A stretch of 63,676 nucleotides of DNA, filler included, from Chiloscyllium plagiosum (taxonomy: Eukaryota): the NCBI RefSeq assembly GCF_004010195.1. It is 3 parts of one record of this genome, joined end to end, with 100 filler letters (N's around TTAATTAATTAA, not from the genome) between each part and the next. Parts side by side here need not be neighbours in the genome. Positions count along the whole stretch, not along the records: positions 1 to 27,333 come from NC_057710.1; positions 27,434 to 55,437 come from NC_057710.1; 1 more part is not named here. One strand, written 5' to 3'. The notes under the pieces are model-generated. The model searched no databases, was not told the DNA's origin, and was given only the letters and a program-made list of their open reading frames with translations. Below, piece by piece: positions 24,716-38,190 of this stretch (its first letter is position 1; each line of letters opens with the position of its first letter). The position numbers were made by a program, and so were the translations under genes.

Positions 24716-27092
24716 AATTGAAGGTTTTTATTTTTTACCACATGATAAAAAGTACAAAAGGTAGTATAACAATCTTATATTACAAAAGCATTAACAGTAA
24801 ACTACCTACTGCTCTACAAAACAAACCAAAAACTATCACTAAGGTATGGAACAATCTTTTCACATTACAAACTCAATAAATAGTTGAACTTAGAAAATCA
24901 GTTTAAATTAGCTTACCTATGCTAAACTAACCTAACAACTTAGATTGAGTCAAACCAGATAGGATCAACTTAAATTAACTTGACTCATATTAAATTAAAT
25001 TACACCACCCCACCGAAGCTCCCATCCACAGGAGCATTAGTTATTATATCATATGTATTCAAGGTTCCTGCCACCAAAGCCCCCTGGACTGCCAAACCTG
25101 GCCCTCACAGCTATATAAAGGCCCTGGTCAATATGGCTGACAAGTCCATGTTTATGTAATTTAGAAAGGGCCACCATGTCTTACAGAATAGTTCAGTTTC
25201 CTGGTGCACCACATTTGTAAGAAAATCCAGAGGAACCTGCTCCACCACTAGTCTATGCCACCCCATAAAACCTGGTGGAGGGTGGTTTCTAGAGTCCAGC
25301 TCATTAAAATGTTCTTCCTTGCACAATATATAAGAATATTAAATAATCTCTTCCTGTGCTCATCTAATAATGAAGGCAAATTCAGCAGTCCCAAAAGAAG
25401 GGCTATCGGATCCACCCTAACTTCAATTCCCAGGACCTCCTCCATCTCATTCACTACGAAACGCCAGTACCGATGGATCTTATGACACAGCTACAGACAA
25501 TGTGTGAGGGTGCCAATGCCTGGTTTACATTTAGGGAACCCTGGAGATGCTCCTTTCTTGAATTTTGCTAATCCCTCCGGGACCATCTGAACTCTGTGAA
25601 GAATTTTCAATTGCACAGCCTGCACTTCATTGCATATTGAGATCTTCACATTCTCTCATATGTCCTCCCATTTTTCAGATGAAATTCCTACCCCTAGTTC
25701 CTGACTCCAAATTCCATAGAGTCTTCCTATATCCTCCAAGGTGTCCCCTCTCTGTAAACGATATAGAGTAGTGACTGAGAGAGTATGCGCACAGGGGAGC
25801 ACTCTCCTCTCCATGTCAGACTTGTAGGGCTGAGTTAAAAGCATGGTCCTTCTCTGTATATAATCCCTAATCTGAAAGGAAGAGGTCCCGAATGGGTAGC
25901 CCATATTTGTGACTTAACTGGTCATAAGACATAAAGACCTCTCCCTCAAATAGGTCTCCCAAACAGGAGACCCCCTTGACCTCCTATGCTTTAAAGCTGG
26001 AAACCATTGACCCTGGCCTGAATCCTGGGACGCCAACCAAAGGGGTAAACGGCGAGGTCTTCTGCAGGTTACCCTCACTCTGCCATATCATCCTCCACCC
26101 TTTAATCATATTTATAATTATAAGACTTCTACAATGCTCAGTAAACAGATTTTATCTTATTGATAAACAGCAGACTGAGGAGGGGGCACCTTGTCTGGGA
26201 GGCCTCAATGTGAAACCATACCACCCTCAGGTCCTTCCACACCCAGTCATTCACATCAAACAATAAGGCGCTTATTTGGTAATGCTTAAAATCTGGGAGA
26301 TCTACCTGCACTCAGCACCCCCCCCCTCCCACCATACCCTATGGGGGTAGCAACTTGTTGAATTTAATAAGGGGACCAACCATTGGATCCAAGCCAACCA
26401 TTGAGCCTCCGCAGTACTTGTCTGGGCAATAGCAATGGGAGCATTCTCATGGGGTATGGTGACCTAGGAAGAACATTCATTTGATCAGGGCTTTCCAGCC
26501 CAACCATGATATTGGCAACCCCTCCCAACGCTGAAGATCTTGTTCTATCCTTTCAAACAATTGCACAAAGTTAGCTCCATACAGCTGGTGGAAAGCGGGA
26601 GGGTAATAAAAATACCCAAATAAAGAAAATCTTTTTGTGACCACCGGAAAGGGAATTGTGTTCCATCCTCCAGATCAGACACTCCTGCCAAGCCCCCCCC
26701 ACGGCATGGCTTTCAATTTTATAAAATTAATTTTATACGCTGAGAACATGCCAAATATATTAATCTTTGTATTAACCGGGGTACGGACTTTTCCGGGTTA
26801 GCCAAAAAGAGAAGAACATCATCAGCATAAGGTGTAATTTTGTGCTCTCGCATTCCTATTTTTGGGGCAACTATTTCAGAGTCCTTCTGAATAGCCTCCA
26901 TCAGCAGTTCGATTGCTAAGATAAATAGCAGTGGCGAGAGATGACACCCTAGTCAGCTGCCTCTCTCCTTGCTAAAACTATCCGATTTTATGCCATTCAT
27001 AAGGACTGCTGCCACAGGGTCATTATACAACACTGCCACCCAACTAGCAAAAGCCCCCTTGAGGCCAAAACATTCCAGGACACCAAAATGAT
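24716..27092 (-). mobile_element. L1-clade LINE: decayed RT, C-terminal domain and 3' UTR
   Basis: Minus strand reads RGS*LGCHLSPLLFILAIELL, HKITPYADDVLLFL and KCKPGIGTLTHCL*LCHKIHRYW...ARKNILMSW (L1 cysteine-rich tail). The 3' end near 24716 is A-rich. Confidence 0.85.
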
Positions 27093-27093
27093 A

Positions 27094-27800
27094 TAGGAGA
27101 AAGTGAGGACCGCAGATGCTGGAGATCAGAGCTGAAAAATGTGTTGCTGGAAAAGCGCAGCAGGTCAGGCAGCATCCAAGGAGCAGGAGAATCGATGTTT
27201 CGGGCATATGCCCTTCTTCATGAATGAGGAGGGTGTGCCAAGCAGGCTAAGATAAAAGGTAGTGAGGAGGGACTTGGGGGAGGAGCATTGAGAATGCGGT
27301 AGGTGGAAGGAGGTTAAGGTGAGGGTGATAGGCNNNNNNNNNNNNNNNNNNNNNNNNNNNNNNNNNNNNNNNNNNNNTTAATTAATTAANNNNNNNNNNN
27401 NNNNNNNNNNNNNNNNNNNNNNNNNNNNNNNNNGTGGGGGTGGTAGCTGCATCAGCCGCATGGCTAATGGTGTTTCCGAGGCCAGGGGAATCTTCTGGAA
27501 TGTTTGAGGAGCGCTGGTTATGGAGGTGGGTAGATAAAAGTTTGTTGTACTTACAGTTTTTGATGTTTGAGATGGAATTGAAATACTGTTTGTTGAGAGT
27601 CTGGATTCTCCTGAGGATGTAGTACAGAGTGGGTCCTTTGCAATTCTGAGAGAGTGTGGCCCTCAGCTGAGGCAGGGCAGACTGTAGAGAGGTTAGGTGC
27701 CCGCGCATTGCTGCAAGCGTGGAGCGGAGGATCTTGAAGGAGAACTGTTGCTGGATGCTGCTTGAATTGCTGTGCTCTTCCAGCACCACTGATCCAGAAT
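27094..27800 (-). mobile_element. PLE sequence on both sides of a gap: 3' terminal repeat (27094-27333), probable ORF N-terminal part (27434-27745), inverted terminal piece (~27745-27800)
   Basis: The terminal repeat matches family 1. A stop-free minus ORF (KILRSTLAAMRGHL...YYILRRIQTLNKQ) abuts an inverted terminal fragment. Assignment of the ORF to a PLE is by context. Confidence 0.6.
27334..27433. other. 100-nt assembly gap with artificial TTAATTAATTAA linker (27378-27389)
   Basis: 44 N + TTAATTAATTAA + 44 N; the same structure occurs at 55438-55537. Confidence 0.95.
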
Positions 27801-27801
27801 C

Positions 27802-29620
27802 TTAGCCAAAACAAAGTCCAGTATGGCCCCTCCTCTAGTTAGACTATCCACATATTGTTTCAAGAAACCCTCTTAGATGCATTTAAATTCTGCCCCATAT
27901 AAGCCTCTTACTCTAAGGGAGACCCCTCCAATATTGTGGAAGTTAAAGTCATCCACTATGACAACCCTGAAGTTCTTGCATCTTTTTATAATATGCCTAC
28001 ATATTTGTTCCTCAATGTCTTGGTAGCTATTGGGGGACCTAATAATATAACCCTATCAGAGTGATTGCATCCATGTCATTTTTGAGATCAACCCATATTG
28101 CCTAAGTGGATAAGCCCTCCAATATTTCCTCTGAGTGTAGATGGAACACTCTCAGTGATTAGTAACGCAATTCTTCCACCTAGTTTTACCTTCCTCTCTG
28201 TCTCATCTAAAACAACAAAACCCTGGAATATTGAGCAGCCAGTCCTATCCCCCTCTCAACAAGTTTCTGTAAGAGCCACAACATCATAGCACCATGTATT
28301 AATTCAGGCTCTAACCAGGTCTGCCTTACCAAAAAAACTCCTTGCGTTGAAGTAAACACACTTCAGCCCATTGGTACCATCGTGTTCATTTATCTGCCTT
28401 TACCTGTCCTTTCTTTCTGATTTACTGGTCCTAATATGCTGCACTTGCTGACCTGCTGCTCTGGCTCCTAGCCCCTGGCACTCTAGTTTAAACCCTCACA
28501 AGTAGCACTAGCAAACCTCCCTGGTTCCCCTCCAGTTTAGGTGCAACCCATCCCTCTTGCATAGGTCACCCCTGCCGCAGAAGAGGTTCCAATGATTCAA
28601 GCACCTGAAACAATGCCCCCTGCACCAGCTCCTTAGCCACGTATTCATCTCTCATCTTTCTATTCCTTGCCTCACTAGCACATGGCACTGGTAGTAGCTC
28701 AGAGATTACTACCCTGGAGGTCCTGCTTTTCAATCTTTCCTATCTCTGTACTCACTCCTCAGAACCTCATCCTCTTTTTACAATAACTTTTTCATAACTA
28801 GTTTAAAACACAGATTTATTATCACTAGTCCCAAAGTGCACCTCCACTGACACCTCAGTCACTTGCCTTGTCTTCTTTCTCAAGAGAAGGTCAGGTTTTG
28901 CTCCCTCTCTAGTAGGTACATCCAGATACGGAATAAAAAATAAGTTTTCTCGTACACAATTAACAAAGTCCCCTACATCCAGGCCCTTAACACTATGGAT
29001 ATGGCAGTCTCAGACTAAGTTTAGGAAGTTAAAATCACTTATTATTAGCATATCATTCTTACAAATATCTCCTTACAAATTTGCTTCTCAATTTCCTACT
29101 GTCTATTACAGGAGTCTATTGTACAATCCCAATAAGGTGATTATCCCTTTCTTCTTTCTCAGTTCCACCCAAGTAATTTCACTAGATGCACTCTTAGCAG
29201 TTATCGCTAACCAAAAGCACCACTCTCCTCCCAGCAACCCCCCCCCACCCTTGCCCCAATTTCTATCTTCCCTGGAAAATTAATCTGCCAGCCCTACCCT
29301 TTTCTGAGCTACATTTCTGTAATAACTATGATATCCCAGTCCCAACCATGCCCGGAATTCATCTACCTTAACTGTCAGGCTTCTTGCAATGAAATAAATG
29401 CAGTTTGATTTATCAGTCATACATCGTGCTCTGCCTTGCTCCTGCCTGCCTTGTCTGTTTAACCTACTCCTTGGCTCAACTGTACCAGTCTCAGACTTAT
29501 CTTTTTTTCTCGCTAGCTGTTTAGTTCCTGCGCCCCCCCCCCATCCCCCCATACTAGTTTAAAGCCGCCTGAGTGCCACTCACAAATCTCTCCGCTAGGA
29601 TATTGGTTCCCTTCCAATTC
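27802..29620 (-). mobile_element. CR1 5'/endonuclease-region fragments (two decayed copies)
   Basis: Minus-strand motifs include LDLVL (~27803-27825), RVVIVDDFNF (~27940-27970) and CIYFIARSLTVKVDEFRAW (CR1 ORF2 start). Confidence 0.7.
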
Positions 29621-29769
29621 AGGTTAGTTCTAATGAAAGCTACATCGCACTGAATCCTACACCCAGCTATACAAGGGTGCATCTTCCAATATGTTTATAT
29701 TTATGCTGATCATCCTTGTGATCAGAGAAAACAGTTAATGAATCAAATCCAATGACCCTTCTTCAGAAA

Positions 29770-31850
29770 TATTCCTGGGTATAAATTGTTCAGGAGAAAT
29801 AGAAAAGGCAAAAAAGGAGGAGAGATAGTGGTGGTCGTTAAGGATGACAGGACAGTGCTGGAGAAGCAAGATGTCTCAGAGGGTTCAAGGATGGAGTCAA
29901 TTTCCATTGAGCTATGGATTAAAAAGGGTATAATTACATTGCGTGTAGTCTACAGACTACCAACTACTGTAAAGGATATAGAGGAACAATCTGCAGGGAA
30001 ATTTCAGAGGAATGCCTGCATTACAGAACAATTGTAATAGGGATCTTCAATTACCCAAATATAGACTGGGATACTGGCAGTGTGAACGGTAGTGAGGGTC
30101 AAGTGTTCATAGAGTCAGAGTTAAACAGCATGGAAACAGACCTTTCGGTCCAACTCGTCTATGCTGACCGGATGTCCTAACCTAATCTTGCCCCATTTGC
30201 CAGCACTTGTTCCATATTCCTCTAAACCATTTATATTCATATACTCATCCAGAAGCCTTTTAAATGTTTCAATTGTACCAGCCTCCACTATTCCCTCTGG
30301 CAGCTCATTCCATATATGTACAATCCTCTGCATGAAAATGTTGCCCCCGAGGTCCCTTTTATATCTTTCCCCTCTCACCCTAAACCTATGCCCTGGACTC
30401 AACTAACCCAGGGAAAAGACCTTGTCTATTTATCTTATCCAACCTCTCGATTTTCTAAATCTCTAAGGTCACCCCTCAGCCTCTGACGCTCCAGGGAAAT
30501 CAACCACAGCTATTCAGCCTCTCCCGAAAGCTCAAATCTTCAAACCCTGGCAACATCCTTGTAAATCGTATCTGAACCCTTTCAAATTTCACAACATCCT
30601 TGCAATAGGAAAGAGACCAGAACTGCACACAATATTCCACCAATGGCCTAACAACCAATGTCTTGTACAGCTCCAACATGACCTCCCAACTCCTATACTC
30701 AATGCTCTGTCCAATAAAGGAAAGCATACTAAAACGCCTACTTCATTAAGTTATCCACCTGCACTCCACTTTCAAGGAATTATGAAACTGCATGCCAAGG
30801 TCTCTTTATTCAGCAGCACTCCCTAGGACCTTACCATTAAGTATACAAGTCCTGCTAAAATTTGCTTTTCCAAAATGCAGCACCTCACATTTATCTAAAT
30901 TAAACTCCATCTGCCACCCCTCAGCACATTGGCCCATTTCCTGGAATGAGTTTCCTATAGTCCAACAAGTCCATCATTGGACTTGATCCTTGGAAATGAG
31001 GTGGGCCTAGTGAATCAAGTATCTGGGGGGATATTTCAGGGAGAGTGATCATTGTACCATAAGGTTCAGGTTGCGCTGGAAAATGACACGCAACAATCCA
31101 GAGCAAGAATAATCAGTTGGCAAGCACTGACCTTCATGGGCTTGAACAGAATTGAGCAGGAACAAGAGGGTGGCAGGAAGGTTAGAAACTGAGCAATGGG
31201 CCACCTTCAAGGAGCAAATAGTTTGGGTACAGTTCAGATATATTCCCTCTAAGGTAAAAGGTAAGGCAAACAAATTCAAATTTCACTACATCACCAAGGA
31301 GGTAGAAATTAACAATAGAAAGAAAAGGTGTGTTTATAACAAGTATAAGGCAGAACATACTATTGAAAATCAAAATGAATACTTCAGGTTTAATGGAAAG
31401 GTGAGAAAGCAAATAAGAAAAGCAAAGACAAACTATCAGAAAAGACTAACAAATAATATATAGGGAAATCCAAAGTCTTCTATTGGCATATAAACAGTAA
31501 GAGAATAGTTAAAAGGAAGAGCAGAGCCAATGAGAGACCAAAAAAAGGATTTGCACACAGTGACAGAGGACATGGTGAAGATATTAAATGAATACTTTGC
31601 ATCTGTCTTTACAAAAGAGGAGGATTCTACCCAGGCCATGTTGACAGAGGAAGTAAGTCAGTCAAAATTAATAAGGAAGCCAATGGGGAGAGATTTTTGG
31701 CACTTAGATTTAACAAAGCACAGAGATTGAATGAGAAGCACCTGAGGATTTTGACAAAAGTGACAGCACAAATCATGAAAAGCACAGGCCATAATATTTC
31801 AGTCTTCCTTGGACTCCAGGGAGGTAGCAGAACATTGTGCAATCAGCAAA
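29770..31850 (+). mobile_element. Old CR1 endonuclease/linker fragment with a younger CR1 3' copy nested in it (30108-30937, minus)
   Basis: Plus-strand motifs RRNRKGKKGG, VYRLP, GDFNYP-like, NEYFASVFTKE. The nested minus-strand ORFs 30121-30402 and 30500-30727 are CR1 C-termini. Confidence 0.85.
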
Positions 31851-32820
31851 CTTCCCCACTTCTGACCATATGATGGAGGGAGGGTTATTGACGAAGCAGC
31901 TGAAGATGTTGGATGTCCTGCAGCTGAAATGAATGACCAACGACCCAAACCATCTTCCACTGTGAGGGTATGTTCAGCTCAACCTTATGGAACTATTCCA
32001 AGCAGGGAATCAACATTTTCACAAGAGAGGACAAAGGAACAAGCATAGAAACAGAGCATCACTAGCCCTTCAGAACTCACTTTTCCAGAGACTTTTCCAG
32101 ATTGATGGCTTCAGTCAGTTTCTTCGACAAATCACTAATTATAACCATCTGACTTCTGTTCTCAGCTGCTAAATGGTCAGAGGTCAAATCTTTTATTGCA
32201 AGCACAAAGCTAAAAAGAAAGAAGATAAGATATTAAGCATTCACGAGGAAAATGTTAAATACCGTACGAAGCAAAAAAAATTCTCAGCTATAAACCAAGA
32301 TTTGTCAGGTTTATGGATTCTACTTTCAGTTTGTGATGAAATGTTTAATGTGTAGGTTGGATCAAAGAATGGGTCAGATTCAAGCTTCAAAGTTAAACAG
32401 CTTGCCAGCATTTACACAGGATCAGCAGGAAGGTGGGATTAATGAGTAATGGCCACTTTCTGTTCTATATTATTTTAGAATTCTAATTTACTATGTTGTT
32501 GGAATGCTGGTAGAAGCACACTGTTGCAGCATACACCCCTTCAGAAGGAATAACATTTATAATTAAATATTAGAAGAGTTTATTTCATGTGAGATCCTCT
32601 TATTCTGCCTTCTCTCACACCACACTGATCACAGATTCAGATGAAAAGACATTGATCTAAAACATTAACATTGTTTCTCAATCCACAGATGCAGCCTGAT
32701 ATACTGAGCATCTTCTGACTGGCCTAATGTCTGAACTGTTTGGAAATCATTGACAGACTCAATTTTAAGCACTTTCACACAGCTAACTTTATCCATTCAC
32801 CAACAGCTGGCATAGATATG

Positions 32821-33320
32821 NNNNNNNNNNNNNNNNNNNNNNNNNNNNNNNNNNNNNNNNNNNNNNNNNNNNNNNNNNNNNNNNNNNNNNNNNNNNNNNN
32901 NNNNNNNNNNNNNNNNNNNNNNNNNNNNNNNNNNNNNNNNNNNNNNNNNNNNNNNNNNNNNNNNNNNNNNNNNNNNNNNNNNNNNNNNNNNNNNNNNNNN
33001 NNNNNNNNNNNNNNNNNNNNNNNNNNNNNNNNNNNNNNNNNNNNNNNNNNNNNNNNNNNNNNNNNNNNNNNNNNNNNNNNNNNNNNNNNNNNNNNNNNNN
33101 NNNNNNNNNNNNNNNNNNNNNNNNNNNNNNNNNNNNNNNNNNNNNNNNNNNNNNNNNNNNNNNNNNNNNNNNNNNNNNNNNNNNNNNNNNNNNNNNNNNN
33201 NNNNNNNNNNNNNNNNNNNNNNNNNNNNNNNNNNNNNNNNNNNNNNNNNNNNNNNNNNNNNNNNNNNNNNNNNNNNNNNNNNNNNNNNNNNNNNNNNNNN
33301 NNNNNNNNNNNNNNNNNNNN
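32821..33320. other. 500-N assembly gap
   Basis: Exactly 500 N; the right flank begins inside an HE1 SINE. Confidence 0.95.
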
Positions 33321-35440
33321 GACCTGCACAGCTTTGGACTGGGAGGAAACTGGAGCACCCAGAGGAAACCTACACAAGGAGAATGTACAAATGCCACACT
33401 CAGTAGTCTGAGACTGGAATTGAACTTGGGACCCTGGTGCTATGAAGCAGCAGTGCTAACCACTGTGCCACTGTCAGTATCTAGAATGATTACTGTCCCT
33501 ACTGGAAGGGCATATGTCCAAAACATCAATTCTCCTGCTCCTTGGATGCTGCCTGACCTGTGCTTTTCGAGCAACACATTTTTAGCTCTGATCTCCAGCA
33601 TCTGCAGTCCTCCCTTTCTCCTACTGCTACAACTACTCTTCTGACTGTCTGTCTTTTAATCTAGGCTCTTGAGGGGAGAATGAAAAGGAACAGTTTGGAG
33701 CGCTCAATCTGGCCAGATCTGGCTGGATACACCAATTTGGGAAGGAGGTTCTCCTTCTCTGCTGCCCCCCTCCCCAAAAAATGAGGATCTTTGCAGTAAT
33801 CTTAACTATATAATGTCTTCTGGGATCAGAAGCAAGGGCCAGTATGGTAAGGCAGGGGCCTGAATTAAGTTTTTTATTTACAAGGGGAAGCTGGAAAAGA
33901 TTGACTTGTAAAGATGCCTCTTTGGGGGGAACCTTGAATCACAATTATGCTGCAGAATGAAGCCATTTGGTCCATGTCTGCACCAGCTGACATAATGCCA
34001 TTCACCTTTTCCTCCCCAGAGCCTTGCACATTTTATTCAAACATCTATTGTTCTGCCTCCTACTTTGTCAGTGTTTCCAATCGTAAATAGCCTTTTTTAC
34101 CTTGTCCTCTATCTTTTATGTAGCTGAAAGATAATTGCTAAAATTAGCACAAGACTTTACCTTCCAAAAATATTCATTGTACACTATCAGCTAGGTTTGC
34201 ATGATCGTATCAGTATGATCTCTTGAAGAGGTGTATTTTGTCCTACTTTCATGAAGTGGTTGAGATAGCAGTGGTGAGCAATCTGTTCCAAGCCATAAAT
34301 AGTTTGAGGTCAGGTTTTTTATTATTCTACCAGTGACTGGGTAGAGTAATCACATTAGTTGAACACGTTACACTTGCCTTTTTAATGGGAAAGTTGGTGT
34401 TTAGACTATCCCTGTGATATATCTGAAGGGGGTTTGGTCTGGTCCATAACACCAGCTACTGAAATCTGGAGATATGAAAGTAAATCTTTGTGCTATCCCT
34501 TACTGGTTAGCTTGTAGCACTCTAATCATTGGCTTCAGTTTGGAACCATTTCCTACAGCATATCACCCTTCTAGAAAAAGGATATGGTAAACTGGTAGCA
34601 AATGATTGATTATCCTGGTAAATCCAGTGCATACCAAAAATGACATCTGCCTTTTCAGCTGTTGACTGCTAACTGGTCACTGGCCATTGAGTCTCAATCT
34701 TGAAGCCAACAATTACAAGGCACCCTCAAGTGAGCTCTTAAATTTTGGGCTATCTATAACTTTCAAACATCAGTTAGGTTTTTGATATTACTGTGAACAC
34801 AATCTGCATTCTTTTGAAAGATTAGTTGACACTTGTACCAACAAACCCAGGAACATCACCCCTCTATCAATATTTTCCTCCATTTTGAGGAGCCAAATCT
34901 TTCATGGCTACTAGAACTGCTTGCTTTTACTGACTCCTGTAATGTTGTGTCCACTACAATGTGACCATCCAAGAAATGACCACCATCCATCTGCACAGCA
35001 TCTTGTTTTCAGTGTTTGTGAACTCAATGTCTCTTAGAGTTGCAAACTAAGATTATATTCATAGGATTCCAGGTCCTATGTAAACCTTGAAACATCATGG
35101 TTTTCTTTTTGTGGTGTTCTTTGAAATCTTTTTTCTTGCTTTGTTCTGCAAAGCAGTTTGAGAATCTTGGCTGACTAATTTCTAGAGTGTAGGTGGATCC
35201 ATGACCTCCTGAGCCCTACTGACCATTTCAGGTAACATGTAATGTACATGCTTAACCATGTCATGGTGGCTGCCTTTTCTGTCTCCTGTCATCCCAAGTC
35301 AAAGCATTTATTAAAGCTCCAGTTTGCTGAGTCATACCATGGTTTGCTGGCCAGTGAATACATAGCTACAATTGTAACTGGAGTGGTGCAATTTACCTCT
35401 TGCATTTAACAAGTGTTTAACTGCAATCTTTCTCTTTCAG

Positions 35441-35632
35441 GCTGCAGGGGCTGTTCTAACCTATGTGGGAGCCATCTTGATATCCACCTATAGAAACTAC
35501 ACCAACTTCTTTCAGGATAGATCTGTTGTGTTACCAGCTTTGGTGATCATTGCCATAGCCCTTGTAATGTTTGTTATTGGTGTTATTGGATGCTGCTCAA
35601 CTCTGAGGGAATCTCGCTTTGGATTGGGATTG
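35441..35632 (+). CDS. tspan36: Tetraspanin-36 exon 2 (TM1 end, EC1, TM2): AAGAVLTYVGAILISTYRNYTNFFQDRSVVLPALVIIAIALVMFVIGVIGCCSTLRESRFGLGL
   Basis: Splice sites tctctttcag|GCT and TTG|gtgagt; 192 nt, phase 0. GxxGCC..RES is a TSPAN3/36 motif. Confidence 0.95.
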
Positions 35633-36124
35633 GTGAGTTTTGCTAGGACTTGATTCTTTGACATGAAGGGTTTTTCTTGTACTACTGGGTTTTACATTGT
35701 TGACTGGATTTTTTTTGTGTAAAGGCAGAATTAACTAGCAAGCTGGAATGTTCTATCTGGCAGTACCAAGCTGAATAAGGGTATCAGTTTGTGTCCCTCC
35801 CTGCAATATTTTGAATAAGGGGGTGGGGGAAGATAACCAAGTGAGATGCAGATGGGGATTTGGTGAAAGGGTGGAGCAGATGGGTGGGAAGTAAGGTGGT
35901 GGTACTAAGTTGGAGGCATACCCTCCTATTTATCTCAGCCCCCTCTCCCATAATATTTCAGGCATTAGCCCTTCATAAAGAGCATTAACTGTTCTGCTCC
36001 TCAGATGCTGCCTGCCTTACTGTGCTTTTCCAGTGCCACTTTTTAAAAACTGATTTCTCTAGCATATGTAGTCCTCCCTTTCTCTAATACCAATGGGCAG
36101 TGTTGGTCCCACAGTGGTACCCAT

Positions 36125-38190
36125 ATAGAACACAGAACAGCACAGGAATGGGCCCACTAGCCCATGCTACCATATCAAACATGATGCAAAATTAAACTAT
36201 TCTCTTCTCCCTGCTTTTGGTACATATCCCTCCACTTGCATATTCATGTAATTATCTAGATCTCAATGTGTCTATCGTCTCCGCTACCCCTGACAGCACA
36301 TTCTGGAATCTTGTAACTCTTAGTTTTTTTTTGGGATTGAGAAACATGTCCCTCACACCTCCTTTTGAACTCTTCCCCTCCCCCACCTTAAACACATGCC
36401 CCCTAGTTCTAAACATCTCAACTCTTGGTGGAGTTGAGGATTCTAACAGTCAACCTTACCTATGCATCGTGATAGACTATCAAATGCCTCTGCCACTGCA
36501 GAGAATGGTCTTTCCTTTCTGCTCATGCCCTCTAGCCAGGGCAGCATCCTGGTAAACCTTGTCTGCACCCTCTCCAAGCCTCCCCATCCTTTTGTATGTA
36601 GCAACCAGCATTGAATGTAATAAGTGTGGCCTAACAAGCTTAACAAAACTGAGACATGACATTGACATTGACTTTTTGGTCAGGGAATGGAGTACAATAA
36701 AGGCAAGCATGCCATACACCTTTATAACCCTATCTACTTGTGTGGCCACTTTCAGGGAGTTATGGTCATGAACCCCAAGATCCTGCTGTACACTACTGTT
36801 CAGGGTCCTGCCACTAACTTACACTTTCCCTAACATTTGGTCTCCCAAAGTGCAGCACCTTAACTGGATTAAACTCAAATTGCTACTTCTCATCATTTTT
36901 TTGCAATGGATATCCTGCTGTAGTCTTTGCAGATCTTTATCTGCAAGCTTACTAAACTGTCTACATCTTTATTCATTATTTATTTTATAAAAACAACTAC
37001 CATCTCATAGCTGAGGTCCCAGTAAGGATCCCTGTGGGACACCAAGTTTCAGGCCTCCAGCTTATGTAAAACAAACTTATACCCACTGCCTTCTGTGGAC
37101 AAACCAATTCTGAATCCATGCATCTCATGTTCTGGATGAGCCTACCACAAGGGGCCTTGTTAAAATCCCTCTAGACAACATCATTACCCTTTCCTCCAAT
37201 CACCTGTCACCAGTTCAAGTCAATTAAGTTACCAAAACATGATCTGCCCTGCACAAACCCATGCTTTTCCAAATATACATAAATCCTATCCCTAAGACTG
37301 CTCTGTAACACATTGGTGTTTGGAAATCTGAGACTCACTGGTAGCTAGTTTTCTAGCTTATCCCTATTCTCCTCTTGAACAGAAACATTAGATCTCAGTC
37401 CTCTGGGATATCTCCTAATGACACAAAGATCTTGGTCAAGGCCCCAACAGTTTCCTCTTGTCCCTATCTGGGGTGGTAGATATGCTCAGGCCCTGGGGAC
37501 TTAACTATGTTAGTGCTCTTCAAGACATCAAACACTTTTTTCAATGTCCTAGCCTATTAGCATGCTCTACCCCTTCCCCTGTGAAAACTGAAAAGCACTC
37601 ATTTAGGATTGCCTATTCCTCTGCTACCAAGTACTGGTTCCCTCCTTGACCTTGGGTGGTCCTATCCCCTCCTGGAATGGTTTGAGATTCTCCTTAACCC
37701 TACTTGCCCAGTTAATTTCTTAGTCCCTTTTTTGTTCTCCTAATTCCCTGCTTGTTTTTTCTGCTTTATTTCTCCATTGGCCCTGTCAGTTTAGCTGCTT
37801 AAACCTTGCATAGGCTGTTTTTTTCCCCTTGTCAAAGGGCCCCTTACCTGGCCATCCTTATACTTACTCTCTACTGGAACATGCCACTGAACTGTAATCA
37901 GGACATTAACCAATTTCCAAATGTCAAATGTGGGCTTGCCTGATAGCAACAACTCCCAATTAACATTCCCTAATTTATGCCTAATAGTGACATAATTTGC
38001 CCTCAATTTAGTACCTTAACATAAGATCCTGACTTCTCCTTAAGTAGCTATGAGTAAGGATTTGTGATCTCTGTTGCCAAAATGCACACTCAAAGGTCAG
38101 TCACCTGGCCAGACTCATTAGCCAAAACCAGTCCAGTATGGCATCTCCTTTTAGTTAGACTATCCACAAACTGTTTCAAGAAACCCTGTT
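36125..38190 (-). mobile_element. Long, heavily deleted CR1 in tspan36 intron 2
   Basis: ORFs 36443-36749 (LVRPHL, LERVQTRFTRMLP) and ANYVTIRHKLGNVNWE in the upstream part. Confidence 0.75.

Noticed and set aside
27378..27389. TTAATTAATTAA palindrome within Ns (also 55482-55493)
   Set aside because: It is an artificial scaffolding linker with stops in all frames, centred in identical 100-nt gaps.
32740..33411. ORFs of 200-400 aa spanning N runs (also 48031-49221)
   Set aside because: Their length comes from untranslatable Ns; the flanks are SINE or PLE sequence.
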